Below the pieces are notes generated by a model. The model was not told where the DNA came from, searched no databases, and worked only from the letters and a program-made list of their open reading frames with translations. The position numbers and the translations under genes were made by a program. Shown one piece after another: positions 7,608 to 14,322 of a stretch of DNA of 15,294 nt (positions are counted from its first letter, which is position 1; the number at the start of each line of letters is the position of its first letter). The stretch is from a virus (lineage: Duplodnaviria; Heunggongvirae; Uroviricota; Caudoviricetes), in the IMG/VR virus record IMGVR_UViG_2529292718_000014, positions 1 to 15,294 of that record. The stretch is one strand, 5' to 3'.

Positions 7608-8678
7608 ATGGCTAACGCCTGGCTCAGATTATGGCATGACATGCCAAATGACCCTAAGTGGCGAACAATTGCCAGGGTGTCAGGGCAGCCAATTGCAACA
7701 GTGATGGCAGTGTATATCCACCTCCTGGTGAGCGCGTCACGAAATGTCACGCGAGGTCACATTGATGTCACGACAGAAGATTTGGCAAGTGCGCTCGACG
7801 TGACAGAAGAGGTAATTGATTCAATTTTGCAGACGATGCAGGGGCGGGTACTTGATGGTGATTTAATCACTGGATGGGAAAAACGCCAGGTGCTGAAAGA
7901 GGACAACGGCAATATTTCGCAAACCGCAAAATCTCCGGCAGAGCGCAAGAGGGCGCAGCGAGAGAGGGAAAGAAAGCGGGAACAAAATGGCGATTGTCAC
8001 GGCGAGTCACGAAATGTCACGCACATGTCACGACGAGTCACGACAGATAAAGATACAGATAAAGATACAGATCAAGAAGATCAAAACACTATGGTCCATG
8101 GCGTAAAAAACGCCACGAACCAGGCAGGGGATGTTCAGACCGTCACTCCTGGCCAGCCCGCAGGCACGACACCGGAAGCCGATTCAGCGTATGCGCTGAA
8201 AGCCGATTCGGGCGCTGTGCAGCAGGTGATGACCGCAAGGCAGGAGCAATCACACCAACTTCAGCAGCCTGAAGCCGATTCCGCCATTCAGCGGGAAGCC
8301 GATCGGGTAGTCCCGGAAAACACCGGGCAGCCTGTGGGACGAGTGGATTATCCTGATGTGTTCGAACAGGTCTGGCGGGAATACCCGTTGCGTGCCGGGG
8401 CAAACCCGAAGAAATCCGCTTTCAGTGCCTGGAAGGCCAGATTACGCGAGGGGGTGCCACCAGAGGCCATGCTGGATGGCGTGAGGCGTTACGCAAGATA
8501 CTTGGCGGCTACCGGGAAAACGGGAACGGAATTTGTTCAGCGAGCGACGACGTTTTTTGGACCGGACCGGAATTTTGAGAACCCCTGGTTGCTCCCGGTA
8601 AGCGGCACGAACAACCAGCGTTGTGTGAATCATATTTCTGAACCGGATAACGAAATTCCGCCGGGCTTCAGGGGGTAA
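7608..8678 (+). CDS. Replication initiator / replisome organiser (lambda O-like), 356 aa, containing the iteron origin
   Basis: AGAGGTGA Shine-Dalgarno before the ATG at 7608. The gene body contains two arrays of GTCACG repeats at 10-11 bp spacing and an AT-rich tract, as lambda ori sits inside gene O. The encoded protein repeats SRNVT…VTT accordingly. Confidence 0.65.
   Translation: MANAWLRLWHDMPNDPKWRTIARVSGQPIATVMAVYIHLLVSASRNVTRGHIDVTTEDLASALDVTEEVIDSILQTMQGRVLDGDLITGWEKRQVLKEDNGNISQTAKSPAERKRAQRERERKREQNGDCHGESRNVTHMSRRVTTDKDTDKDTDQEDQNTMVHGVKNATNQAGDVQTVTPGQPAGTTPEADSAYALKADSGAVQQVMTARQEQSHQLQQPEADSAIQREADRVVPENTGQPVGRVDYPDVFEQVWREYPLRAGANPKKSAFSAWKARLREGVPPEAMLDGVRRYARYLAATGKTGTEFVQRATTFFGPDRNFENPWLLPVSGTNNQRCVNHISEPDNEIPPGFRG
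7736..7772 (+). repeat. Iteron array 1: four GTCAC(G/A) repeats at 10-11 bp spacing
   Basis: GTCACG at 7736, 7746 and 7767, and GTCACA at 7756. An inverted CGTGAC copy lies at 7799-7804. Confidence 0.55.
7996..8085 (+). repeat. Iteron array 2 (five GTCACG repeats) plus adjacent AT-rich tandem repeat; probable replication origin core
   Basis: GTCACG at 7996, 8006, 8016, 8027 and 8037 (spacing 10, 10, 11, 10). Followed by ATAAAGATACAG x2 and AT-rich sequence to about 8085. A 17-bp block GTCACGAAATGTCACGC is shared with array 1. Confidence 0.6.
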
Positions 8679-8718
8679 GTGTTAATTTCTGGTCATGAGG
8701 TAATTTTCAGGAGGGCTT

Positions 8719-9174
8719 GTGGCAAAAGTTTTTACACAAGAAGAGCGGGAAAAAATTAAAGGGCAGGTTGTTGAACTCGTACGCCAGAGTGGGCGCGAGA
8801 CGTTACGACAACTGGAAACTAAAACTGGGGCAACAAGATATCTGATGAGCGTTCTGGCCAGAGAGCTGGTTGCCAGTGGCGATGTATACAACTCTGGTTA
8901 CGGGTTATTCCCGTCTGAACAGGCGCGTAAGGACTGGCAAAATGCCCGTAAAAAGCTCTCAAGGGCAAAGCTGAAGAAACCATCTGCGGTTGATCCGGAC
9001 CTTATCTGGTCATTACCTGACGGAGAAATACGTCGCTACGACAGGCGTCAGAACATAATCTGTCGCGAGTGCCGGAAGAGCGAAGCTATGCAGCGTGTAC
9101 TGGCATTTTACCAGAATGGTTTTCGAGAGACATTCGGTGAACAGGTTGTGCATGAGGGAAATCATGGCGCTTAG
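8719..9174 (+). CDS. Hypothetical protein (151 aa, GTG start)
   Basis: AGGAGGG Shine-Dalgarno before the GTG at 8719. Protein-like composition, CxxC near the C-terminus. Sits where a helicase loader would be in lambda but shows no recognisable similarity to one; may be truncated. Confidence 0.5.
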   Translation: MAKVFTQEEREKIKGQVVELVRQSGRETLRQLETKTGATRYLMSVLARELVASGDVYNSGYGLFPSEQARKDWQNARKKLSRAKLKKPSAVDPDLIWSLPDGEIRRYDRRQNIICRECRKSEAMQRVLAFYQNGFRETFGEQVVHEGNHGA

Positions 9175-9189
9175 GCAATTGTGTAGACG

Positions 9190-9480
9190 CGTTGACGGCC
9201 GAAAGCATAGGAGGGTTGATTGATCGTTCTAGTTATGCTGTCAGAGCGAAAGCGCAGGAACTGGGTATCAATAGGATGTTAAGAGGGGGGGTTATAACCA
9301 ATCAAAAAAACATCCGCAAAGCGATATTGAGCTAGTGCGGAAGCTTCATCAGTGTGGAGTTCCCCGCCGTGATATCGCTGTAAAACGCGAAATGTCCTTG
9401 GGCATGATTAATCAGTACGTTTATTTCGACAGGAGAGCGCATGAAGTTTGACATCTAGACAACTGGGGGAGCGCTGAAAA
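9190..9480 (+). pseudogene. Decayed coding remnants (HTH-like peptide fragments in two frames) with a G7 homopolymer
   Basis: Short protein-like stretches interrupted by stops: …SSYAVRAKAQELGINRMLRGG… and …VRKLHQCGVPRRDIAVKREMSLGMINQYVYFDRR…. G7 run at 9285-9291. No intact ORF of 60 aa or more. Confidence 0.3.
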
Positions 9481-9599
9481 CGTTCTTAATTGATGTTGGA
9501 TTCGCTTTACATACTGAACTGTTTGGCTGAAAGACACGGTAGTATCACCAATCAAGGTGCTTTTGATAAACGCTTGTGTGTTTGTTTTTTAATCCATTG

Positions 9600-9628
9600 T
9601 TGACAACTAGGTTAGTTTTCCATATCAT
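9600..9628 (+). promoter_or_regulatory. Near-consensus sigma70 promoter for the ParA-like gene
   Basis: -35 TTGACA at 9600-9605, 17-nt spacer, -10 TATCAT at 9623-9628. The ATG at 9659 follows about 30 nt downstream, with GGTGG ahead of it. Confidence 0.55.
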
Positions 9629-9658
9629 CAATAAAAGTGTAAAACTAATGGTGGCGAT

Positions 9659-10705
9659 ATGACTAGTGAATCAAATGTTAATGCTCTGATAGAGCGTCAA
9701 TTCGAAGTTGCTGACGGTAATGTAAGAAGTCTTAATTTGCCGAAATATGATAAATATACAGTATGTAATTTACGGGGAGGCATTGGTAAGACATCTTTAA
9801 CTTTTAATCTGTCATATTTGGCGGATAACGCATTAATCGTGGATACGTGCCCGCAAGGAAATTTATCATATTTTTTTGACAATAATTATGCATCTTCGTC
9901 TAGCACAACTGCAAATGACCTCTTAATGCCTTATTTTGTTCCAGGGCTTGGATTTGCAACGCGTGCTGCAAAGCTAGTATCATCAACTAATGCTTGGTTT
10001 GCGGGCAAGAATAACTATTTTATTCAATCTGATAGTCAACTTTATCTTCTACCTACGCAAATGGCGAATGCTCTGGCTCAAGCCAGAACAATTTCTGGGG
10101 CTACTCAGCAGGTTGTTATTGATACAATTCTTTTTTCTCTGAAGAAAGAAATAGCCAGAGAAATGGTTGAAACTGGTACTACAAAAGCGTTAATTGATAC
10201 ATCACCTTTTTTCTCTGGAGCGACGCATTTATCTTGGCATGCAACAGATGCTTTAATAGTTCCAGTGAGGACAGATCAGCAATCGATTAATTCATTAAGA
10301 TTACTTATTGATACTCTGACTAAACCAACATCAGAATTTAGAAAGATAATGCCGTCTGATGGCCATACACCAAAAATTCAGATGGTGGTTATTACCCATT
10401 GCGGATGGTCAACAGTGGCAGGAGCAAGGAATAAACCAAATCAACAGACAAAAATGTACATCGAAGCTGTAAGAGAGGTAATTCGACAAAATATTAGTAA
10501 TTTTACAACAGATGATCCTAATAATCACATTGTGATTCTTGATGATTTTCTGGGTAGTGGCAGAATGTCAAGTGCTAAGTCTAAACCATTAGAGTTGTTA
10601 AATCCAGGAGATGCAATGACTGTGAATAGAGTTAGGACATCCGTGAATTTATCTGTTAACAAAATAAAAAATGAATTAAAGTTCATTCACAACTCCATAT
10701 GGTAA
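9659..10705 (+). CDS. Orphan ParA/MinD-family P-loop ATPase (348 aa) with variant deviant Walker A
   Basis: NLRGGIGKTS matches the deviant Walker A KGGxGK[ST], with Arg in place of the signature Lys. DTCPQGNLS matches the ParA D-x-D-P-Q-G-N motif. LIDTSP is a Walker B-like motif and ALIVPVRTDQQSINSLRLL a ParA-like segment. C-terminal extension of about 100 aa. The region is visibly AT-rich by eye. No ParB-like gene is adjacent. Confidence 0.8.
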   Translation: MTSESNVNALIERQFEVADGNVRSLNLPKYDKYTVCNLRGGIGKTSLTFNLSYLADNALIVDTCPQGNLSYFFDNNYASSSSTTANDLLMPYFVPGLGFATRAAKLVSSTNAWFAGKNNYFIQSDSQLYLLPTQMANALAQARTISGATQQVVIDTILFSLKKEIAREMVETGTTKALIDTSPFFSGATHLSWHATDALIVPVRTDQQSINSLRLLIDTLTKPTSEFRKIMPSDGHTPKIQMVVITHCGWSTVAGARNKPNQQTKMYIEAVREVIRQNISNFTTDDPNNHIVILDDFLGSGRMSSAKSKPLELLNPGDAMTVNRVRTSVNLSVNKIKNELKFIHNSIW

Positions 10706-10862
10706 ATGACATTTTATTTGAATAATCTGGATTGATAATTATTGTTACATTAATTGTTATTAATTCTAAATAATCCTATCGTTCTTCAGGATGAGATAAT
10801 TTATATTTATTTGTGTTGTGATTTTTTGAATTTATTTAGGTTTATGAACTGTTTTAGATGAA

Positions 10863-10982
10863 ATGAATCATGAATACGAAATTGTTGCGGTACTGATAAC
10901 GAGGAAAGACCTCTGCGAGGTACGAATCCGAACCGGCCAGACGGAGGTCGCTGTCTTCACAGCTTACGAACCTGAGGAGTAA
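10863..10982 (+). other. GC-rich element: candidate 39-aa small ORF or 5' part of a structured small RNA
   Basis: ATG at 10863 to TAA at 10980-10982 encodes MNHEYEIVAVLITRKDLCEVRIRTGQTEVAVFTAYEPEE with a weak Shine-Dalgarno. The segment is much GC-richer than its AT-rich flanks. It is followed by a perfect 8-bp hairpin with GAAA loop (10991-11010) and the terminator at 11050-11072. Confidence 0.3.
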
Positions 10983-11049
10983 GAGACCAGGCGAGGGAGA
11001 AATCCCTCGCCACCTCTGATGTGTCAGGCATCCTCAACGCACCCGCACT

Positions 11050-11072
11050 TAACCCGCTTCGGCGGGTTTTTT
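11050..11072 (+). terminator. Rho-independent terminator (copy A of an identical 23-bp element)
   Basis: TAACCCGCTTCGGCGGGTTTTTT: 6-bp GC stem ACCCGC/GCGGGT, UUCG loop, T6 tract. An identical 23-mer occurs at 12885-12907. Confidence 0.7.
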
Positions 11073-11073
11073 A

Positions 11074-11120
11074 TTGGTTGACAAAATTATGAATATGCAC
11101 CAATATCTTGGTTGACAAAA
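11074..11120 (+). promoter_or_regulatory. Two direct TTGGTTGACAAAA repeats (34 bp apart) upstream of the cassette; candidate promoter -35 elements and/or operator
   Basis: 13-bp perfect repeats at 11074-11086 and 11108-11120, each containing TTGACA. The -10 matches at 17-bp spacing are weak (CAATAT, GGATTA), so an operator role is also plausible. Confidence 0.4.
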
Positions 11121-11155
11121 GTCGTTTTTTGCACGGATTAGGCGGAGAAGTGTCT

Positions 11156-11749
11156 ATGCAGAACCATCCATTCCCTTGGGAGTTCTTTCCTGAGTTAACA
11201 GAGGTGCGTTTAACCATTATAGCTGAGGAGTTGCTCAGGATACAGGATATTACTCATGAGTTATTGTCATCGCCCTATGATGATAATTACACTCGTGGTG
11301 GTTGTACATTTGGGCGTCAGCGGCAGGCGTTGCTACAAATGTGCGTACGAAAGACATATGACTGGTTAAGACTACTTAATCCTGGCATGGATCTTACGTT
11401 TTCAATTGGGAATGTCCCTATTCGTTTCTTTACTGATGACGCAGATAACCCCAAGAAACGCGGTTTTTTCAAAAGAAATGATGCTGATCGACTCTTTGAG
11501 TCAGAGGAGACTACTCCAACTATGCATCGCTTTGTGGTTGAAAAGCCTGAATTTGAAGGCGAGGGTGGTAGAGTCATTTTTAATGGCTATAACGTGTTTG
11601 GTGAGATCGTGTCAACTTGGACATATGGTGCGGACCGTGTTGTTATGCTGAACTCTGTCGATGATGTACCTCCAGCACCGGTACCTATCGAACTAGAACC
11701 TATCAGTGCGTCTAAGACTGAGAAGGAAAAGAAACAAAATAGCAAATAG
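11156..11749 (+). CDS. Hypothetical protein (197 aa), first gene of the accessory cassette
   Basis: ATG at 11156 with GGAG 8 nt upstream; the TTG start in the ORF track lies inside the upstream repeat and is unlikely. Protein-like composition with an acidic, Pro-rich C-terminal tail. No recognisable catalytic motif or family. Confidence 0.7.
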   Translation: MQNHPFPWEFFPELTEVRLTIIAEELLRIQDITHELLSSPYDDNYTRGGCTFGRQRQALLQMCVRKTYDWLRLLNPGMDLTFSIGNVPIRFFTDDADNPKKRGFFKRNDADRLFESEETTPTMHRFVVEKPEFEGEGGRVIFNGYNVFGEIVSTWTYGADRVVMLNSVDDVPPAPVPIELEPISASKTEKEKKQNSK

Positions 11750-11759
11750 TGGGTGAAAT

Positions 11760-12881
11760 GTGTTTAACGGTACTAATTTAAGACTTGCTCGTCTGTATCA
11801 CGAGCTATCTCTGGAGCAGGTTGCTGAGAAGGTTGAAAAAACACGCCAGTATGTACAGCGACTGGAGTCTGGTTCAGCTACTCCATCCCCAGAGCTTATA
11901 AATAAATTAGCCGAGGTTTTGCGCGTGAAGCCCGCCTTTTTCGAAGGGCAGGAACATTCTCCTGTTAATGAAGAGATTGTACATTTTCGTAAACGCGCCT
12001 CGACAAGGATGTCAACGAAGCTATCAACACTCGCTAAGGCTGAGTTTTATCGTCGTTTTATTGATGTATTTGAAGATAACCTTAATTTGTCACCTGTTCG
12101 ATTTCCTGAATTTCGTGTCCATACACAAGAAGATATCGAGCGAGCGGCAGAAAAATGTCGTATTGAGTGGGGCTTAGGCTTTGGCCCAATTGAAAATATG
12201 ACTCGCCTTGCCGAGAAACTTGGGGCGTTTGTTACTTCATTTGACTCCGTTTCGGATGAAGTAGATGCACTGTCTGTTCCTCTACGAAGGCCTTTTATTG
12301 TTCGAAATACAGCTAAAAATTCACCTTGTAGGCAACGCTTTGATATTGCTCATGAGGTTGCCCATTTGATTCTTCATGAAGGAATTTCTACTGGGGATAG
12401 ATTAACTGAATCCCAGGCAAACCGTTTTGCCTCTGCTCTGTTGCTTCCCAGAACGTCGATGGCGAAATATTTTCCAAGACCTGTGGGGGGGAGGATAAAT
12501 TGGCAGGGACTAAGCCAATTTAAGTTGACATGGAAAGTAAGTAAGGCTGCCATTGTTTACAGGGCTCATCAATTAGGACTTTTGACTGATGAGCAGTACA
12601 GAACTGCATTTATGGGGTTGAAACGGAAAGGGGAAGCTATTGATGAAAAAGAAGATTATCTAATCCCTCATGAGCGTCCTGAGTTATTCCGTCGGGCTTT
12701 ATCGTTTTTATTTGAAGAGTTAGGATACGACCCACAGCGTATAGCTGATGAAATGGATATAGAAGTGGACATTTTTTATGAGTTAGTAGGAGATGATCTT
12801 CCTGCGGTTCATGAACTGCCAGGAAGTGGTGATGTTGTTTCACTACAATCTTACCGAACTCTTAGAGGCAAAATTCACTAG
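11760..12881 (+). CDS. XRE-family HTH fused to ImmA/IrrE-type (COG2856, M78-like) zinc metallopeptidase domain, 373 aa
   Basis: N-terminal HTH (LRLARLYHELSLEQVAEKVEKTRQYVQRLESG). Central HEXXH motif in RQRFDIAHEVAHLILHEG, followed by a downstream acidic region typical of ImmA/IrrE proteins. Starts 10 nt after the 197-aa gene, so likely co-transcribed. Followed by terminator copy B. Confidence 0.85.
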   Translation: MFNGTNLRLARLYHELSLEQVAEKVEKTRQYVQRLESGSATPSPELINKLAEVLRVKPAFFEGQEHSPVNEEIVHFRKRASTRMSTKLSTLAKAEFYRRFIDVFEDNLNLSPVRFPEFRVHTQEDIERAAEKCRIEWGLGFGPIENMTRLAEKLGAFVTSFDSVSDEVDALSVPLRRPFIVRNTAKNSPCRQRFDIAHEVAHLILHEGISTGDRLTESQANRFASALLLPRTSMAKYFPRPVGGRINWQGLSQFKLTWKVSKAAIVYRAHQLGLLTDEQYRTAFMGLKRKGEAIDEKEDYLIPHERPELFRRALSFLFEELGYDPQRIADEMDIEVDIFYELVGDDLPAVHELPGSGDVVSLQSYRTLRGKIH

Positions 12882-12884
12882 GCA

Positions 12885-12907
12885 TAACCCGCTTCGGCGG
12901 GTTTTTT
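12885..12907 (+). terminator. Rho-independent terminator (copy B, identical 23-mer)
   Basis: TAACCCGCTTCGGCGGGTTTTTT, identical to 11050-11072. Begins 4 nt after the stop of the HTH-peptidase gene. Confidence 0.7.
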
Positions 12908-12982
12908 GTTTTACGTATTCTGGTTTACAATCTACAGGCCAGCCTGAACAACTGGCACCTGCTGCGCCAGCAGAGAAAACCG

Positions 12983-13255
12983 ATGGCGCACGATACCAAA
13001 CATCACAATTCTGATACTGCCCTTGCCAGCTGGTGCGGGCGGCGTTTTCATGCATTCAAATCTGACTGGTACCAGCATGCCCCATGCACTGAAGAACAGG
13101 CCGAATGGCTGATTCAGAACTACCGCAGGCGTGGGTACGACTTTCAGAAAGACCTCGGCCCTGACTTCCGACACTGGATAATTTCTGTCAGGCTCCCTTA
13201 TTCCGAACGCCCACCGCGTCCGTCCCGCACATTCCAGCAACGCATCTGGAGGTAA
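12983..13255 (+). CDS. Hypothetical nin-region protein (90 aa)
   Basis: ORF whose stop (13253-13255) lies 1 nt before the GTG of the next gene, suggesting coupling. The C-terminus is Pro/Arg-rich and reads poorly, so the call is uncertain. Confidence 0.45.
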   Translation: MAHDTKHHNSDTALASWCGRRFHAFKSDWYQHAPCTEEQAEWLIQNYRRRGYDFQKDLGPDFRHWIISVRLPYSERPPRPSRTFQQRIWR

Positions 13256-13256
13256 C

Positions 13257-13691
13257 GTGCGGGTATTACTTCGACCTGTTCTGGTACCGGAACTCGGGCT
13301 GGTTGTCGTTAAGCCAGGTCGTGAATCCATGCAGGTATTCCATAACGGCAGGGTACTGGTGGAGCCGGAACCGAAAAGCATGCGTAATCTGCCGTCCGGG
13401 GTCGTTCCTGCCGTTCGCCAGCCGCTGGCGGAGGACAAAACATTGCTGCCGTTTTTCAGTAACGCACGGGTAATTCGTGCTGCTGGTGGTGCTGGTGCAT
13501 TGTCTGACTGGCTGTTGCGCCATATTAAATCCTGCCAGTGGCCACACGGCGATTATCATCACAGCGAAACCGTTATTCACCGATATGGTACCGGCGCAAT
13601 GGTGTTGTGCTGGCACTGCGACAACCAGCTGCGTGACCAGACATCCGAATCACTCGAGCAACTGCTCATCAAAACCTGTCAGCATGGATGA
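13257..13691 (+). CDS. Hypothetical nin-region protein with Cys/His cluster (144 aa; GTG start, or internal Met)
   Basis: GGAGG 5 nt upstream of the GTG at 13257. Motif C-x-W-P-H-G-D-Y-H-H…C-W-H-C-D suggests metal binding. Its stop overlaps the next ATG (ATGA). Confidence 0.55.
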   Translation: MRVLLRPVLVPELGLVVVKPGRESMQVFHNGRVLVEPEPKSMRNLPSGVVPAVRQPLAEDKTLLPFFSNARVIRAAGGAGALSDWLLRHIKSCQWPHGDYHHSETVIHRYGTGAMVLCWHCDNQLRDQTSESLEQLLIKTCQHG

Positions 13692-14305
13692 TTGACGTCA
13701 TCGGTCACGCAATAAGCGGTACGCAGGAGCGTGAATTATCTCTGGCTGAATTATCCTGGTGGGCGGTCCGCAATCAGCTGGCGGACGCGCTACCGGAAGC
13801 GGTATTACGTCGCTCGCTGGGATTACCAGCGGAAAAAATCTGCTCGGTGTACCGCGAAAGCGACATCGTACCGGGAGAGCAGACCGCCACCAGCATATTG
13901 AAACAGCGCACAAAAAATCTTGCACCGTTGCCTCACGCCCACCAGCAACAAAACCCATCACAGGAAAAGACGGTGGTAAGCATCACCGTTGATCCAGAGT
14001 CTCCGGAATCTTTCATGAAGCTGCCTAAACGTCACCGGTGGGTTAAGGAGAAATACACACGCTGGGTTAAGACACAGCCGTGTGCTTGCTGCGGTATGCC
14101 AGCCGACGATCCGCATCATCTGATTGGTCACGGGCAGGGCGGAATGGGAACCAAAGCACATGATCTCTTTGTTTTGCCTTTGTGCAGAAAGCATCACGAC
14201 GAGTTGCATACGGATACCGTGGCATTTGAAGAGAAGTATGGCTCCCAACTGGAGCTGATTTTTCGATTTATCGATCGCGCGCTGGCAATTGGTGTGCTGG
14301 CCTAA
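13688..14305 (+). CDS. nin-region protein with HNH/zinc-finger-like motif (205 aa), possibly NinG/Rap-like
   Basis: Motif [18 protein letters not shown]…[10 protein letters not shown] has a CxxC…HH…C…HH pattern. Position just upstream of Q matches the lambdoid nin region. Family name is by recollection. Confidence 0.65.
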   Translation: MIDVIGHAISGTQERELSLAELSWWAVRNQLADALPEAVLRRSLGLPAEKICSVYRESDIVPGEQTATSILKQRTKNLAPLPHAHQQQNPSQEKTVVSITVDPESPESFMKLPKRHRWVKEKYTRWVKTQPCACCGMPADDPHHLIGHGQGGMGTKAHDLFVLPLCRKHHDELHTDTVAFEEKYGSQLELIFRFIDRALAIGVLA

Positions 14306-14322
14306 TTTTGTGGAGTAAGTTG

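Noticed and set aside
7736-8085. Possible CRISPR array, given the regularly spaced repeats
   Set aside because: The repeats are 6-bp cores at 10-11 bp spacing inside a coding region, without spacers of 30 bp or more. That is an iteron origin, not CRISPR.
7547-8891. Minus-strand ORFs 7547-7750, 7757-7948, 8143-8403, 8442-8633 and 8682-8891
   Set aside because: Antisense to the O-like initiator and the following gene; Arg/Pro/Ser-rich artefact-like translations.
9697-9882. 61-aa minus-strand ORF inside the ParA-like gene
   Set aside because: Antisense to a gene with clear Walker motifs; it is AT-rich chance ORF.
10905-10945. tRNA-like T-loop resemblance (GGTACGAATCCGAACC)
   Set aside because: No flanking stem complementarity, no acceptor stem and no CCA context, so I cannot build a cloverleaf. 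Treated as part of the structured GC-rich element instead.
11317-11651. ORFs 11317-11577 (minus) and 11406-11651 (plus) inside the 197-aa gene
   Set aside because: Out-of-frame or antisense overlaps with the better-supported cassette gene.
11968-12843. ORFs 11968-12177 (plus) and 12637-12843 (minus) inside the HTH-peptidase gene
   Set aside because: Out-of-frame or antisense to a gene with clear HTH and HEXXH motifs.
12793-13616. ORFs 12793-13014 (plus), 12843-13055 (minus), 12932-13438 (minus, 168 aa) and 13266-13616 (minus, 116 aa)
   Set aside because: The minus-strand translations are Ser/Thr/Gly/Pro/Arg-rich low-complexity and antisense to coupled plus-strand nin-like genes. The plus-strand 12793 ORF spans the terminator hairpin.
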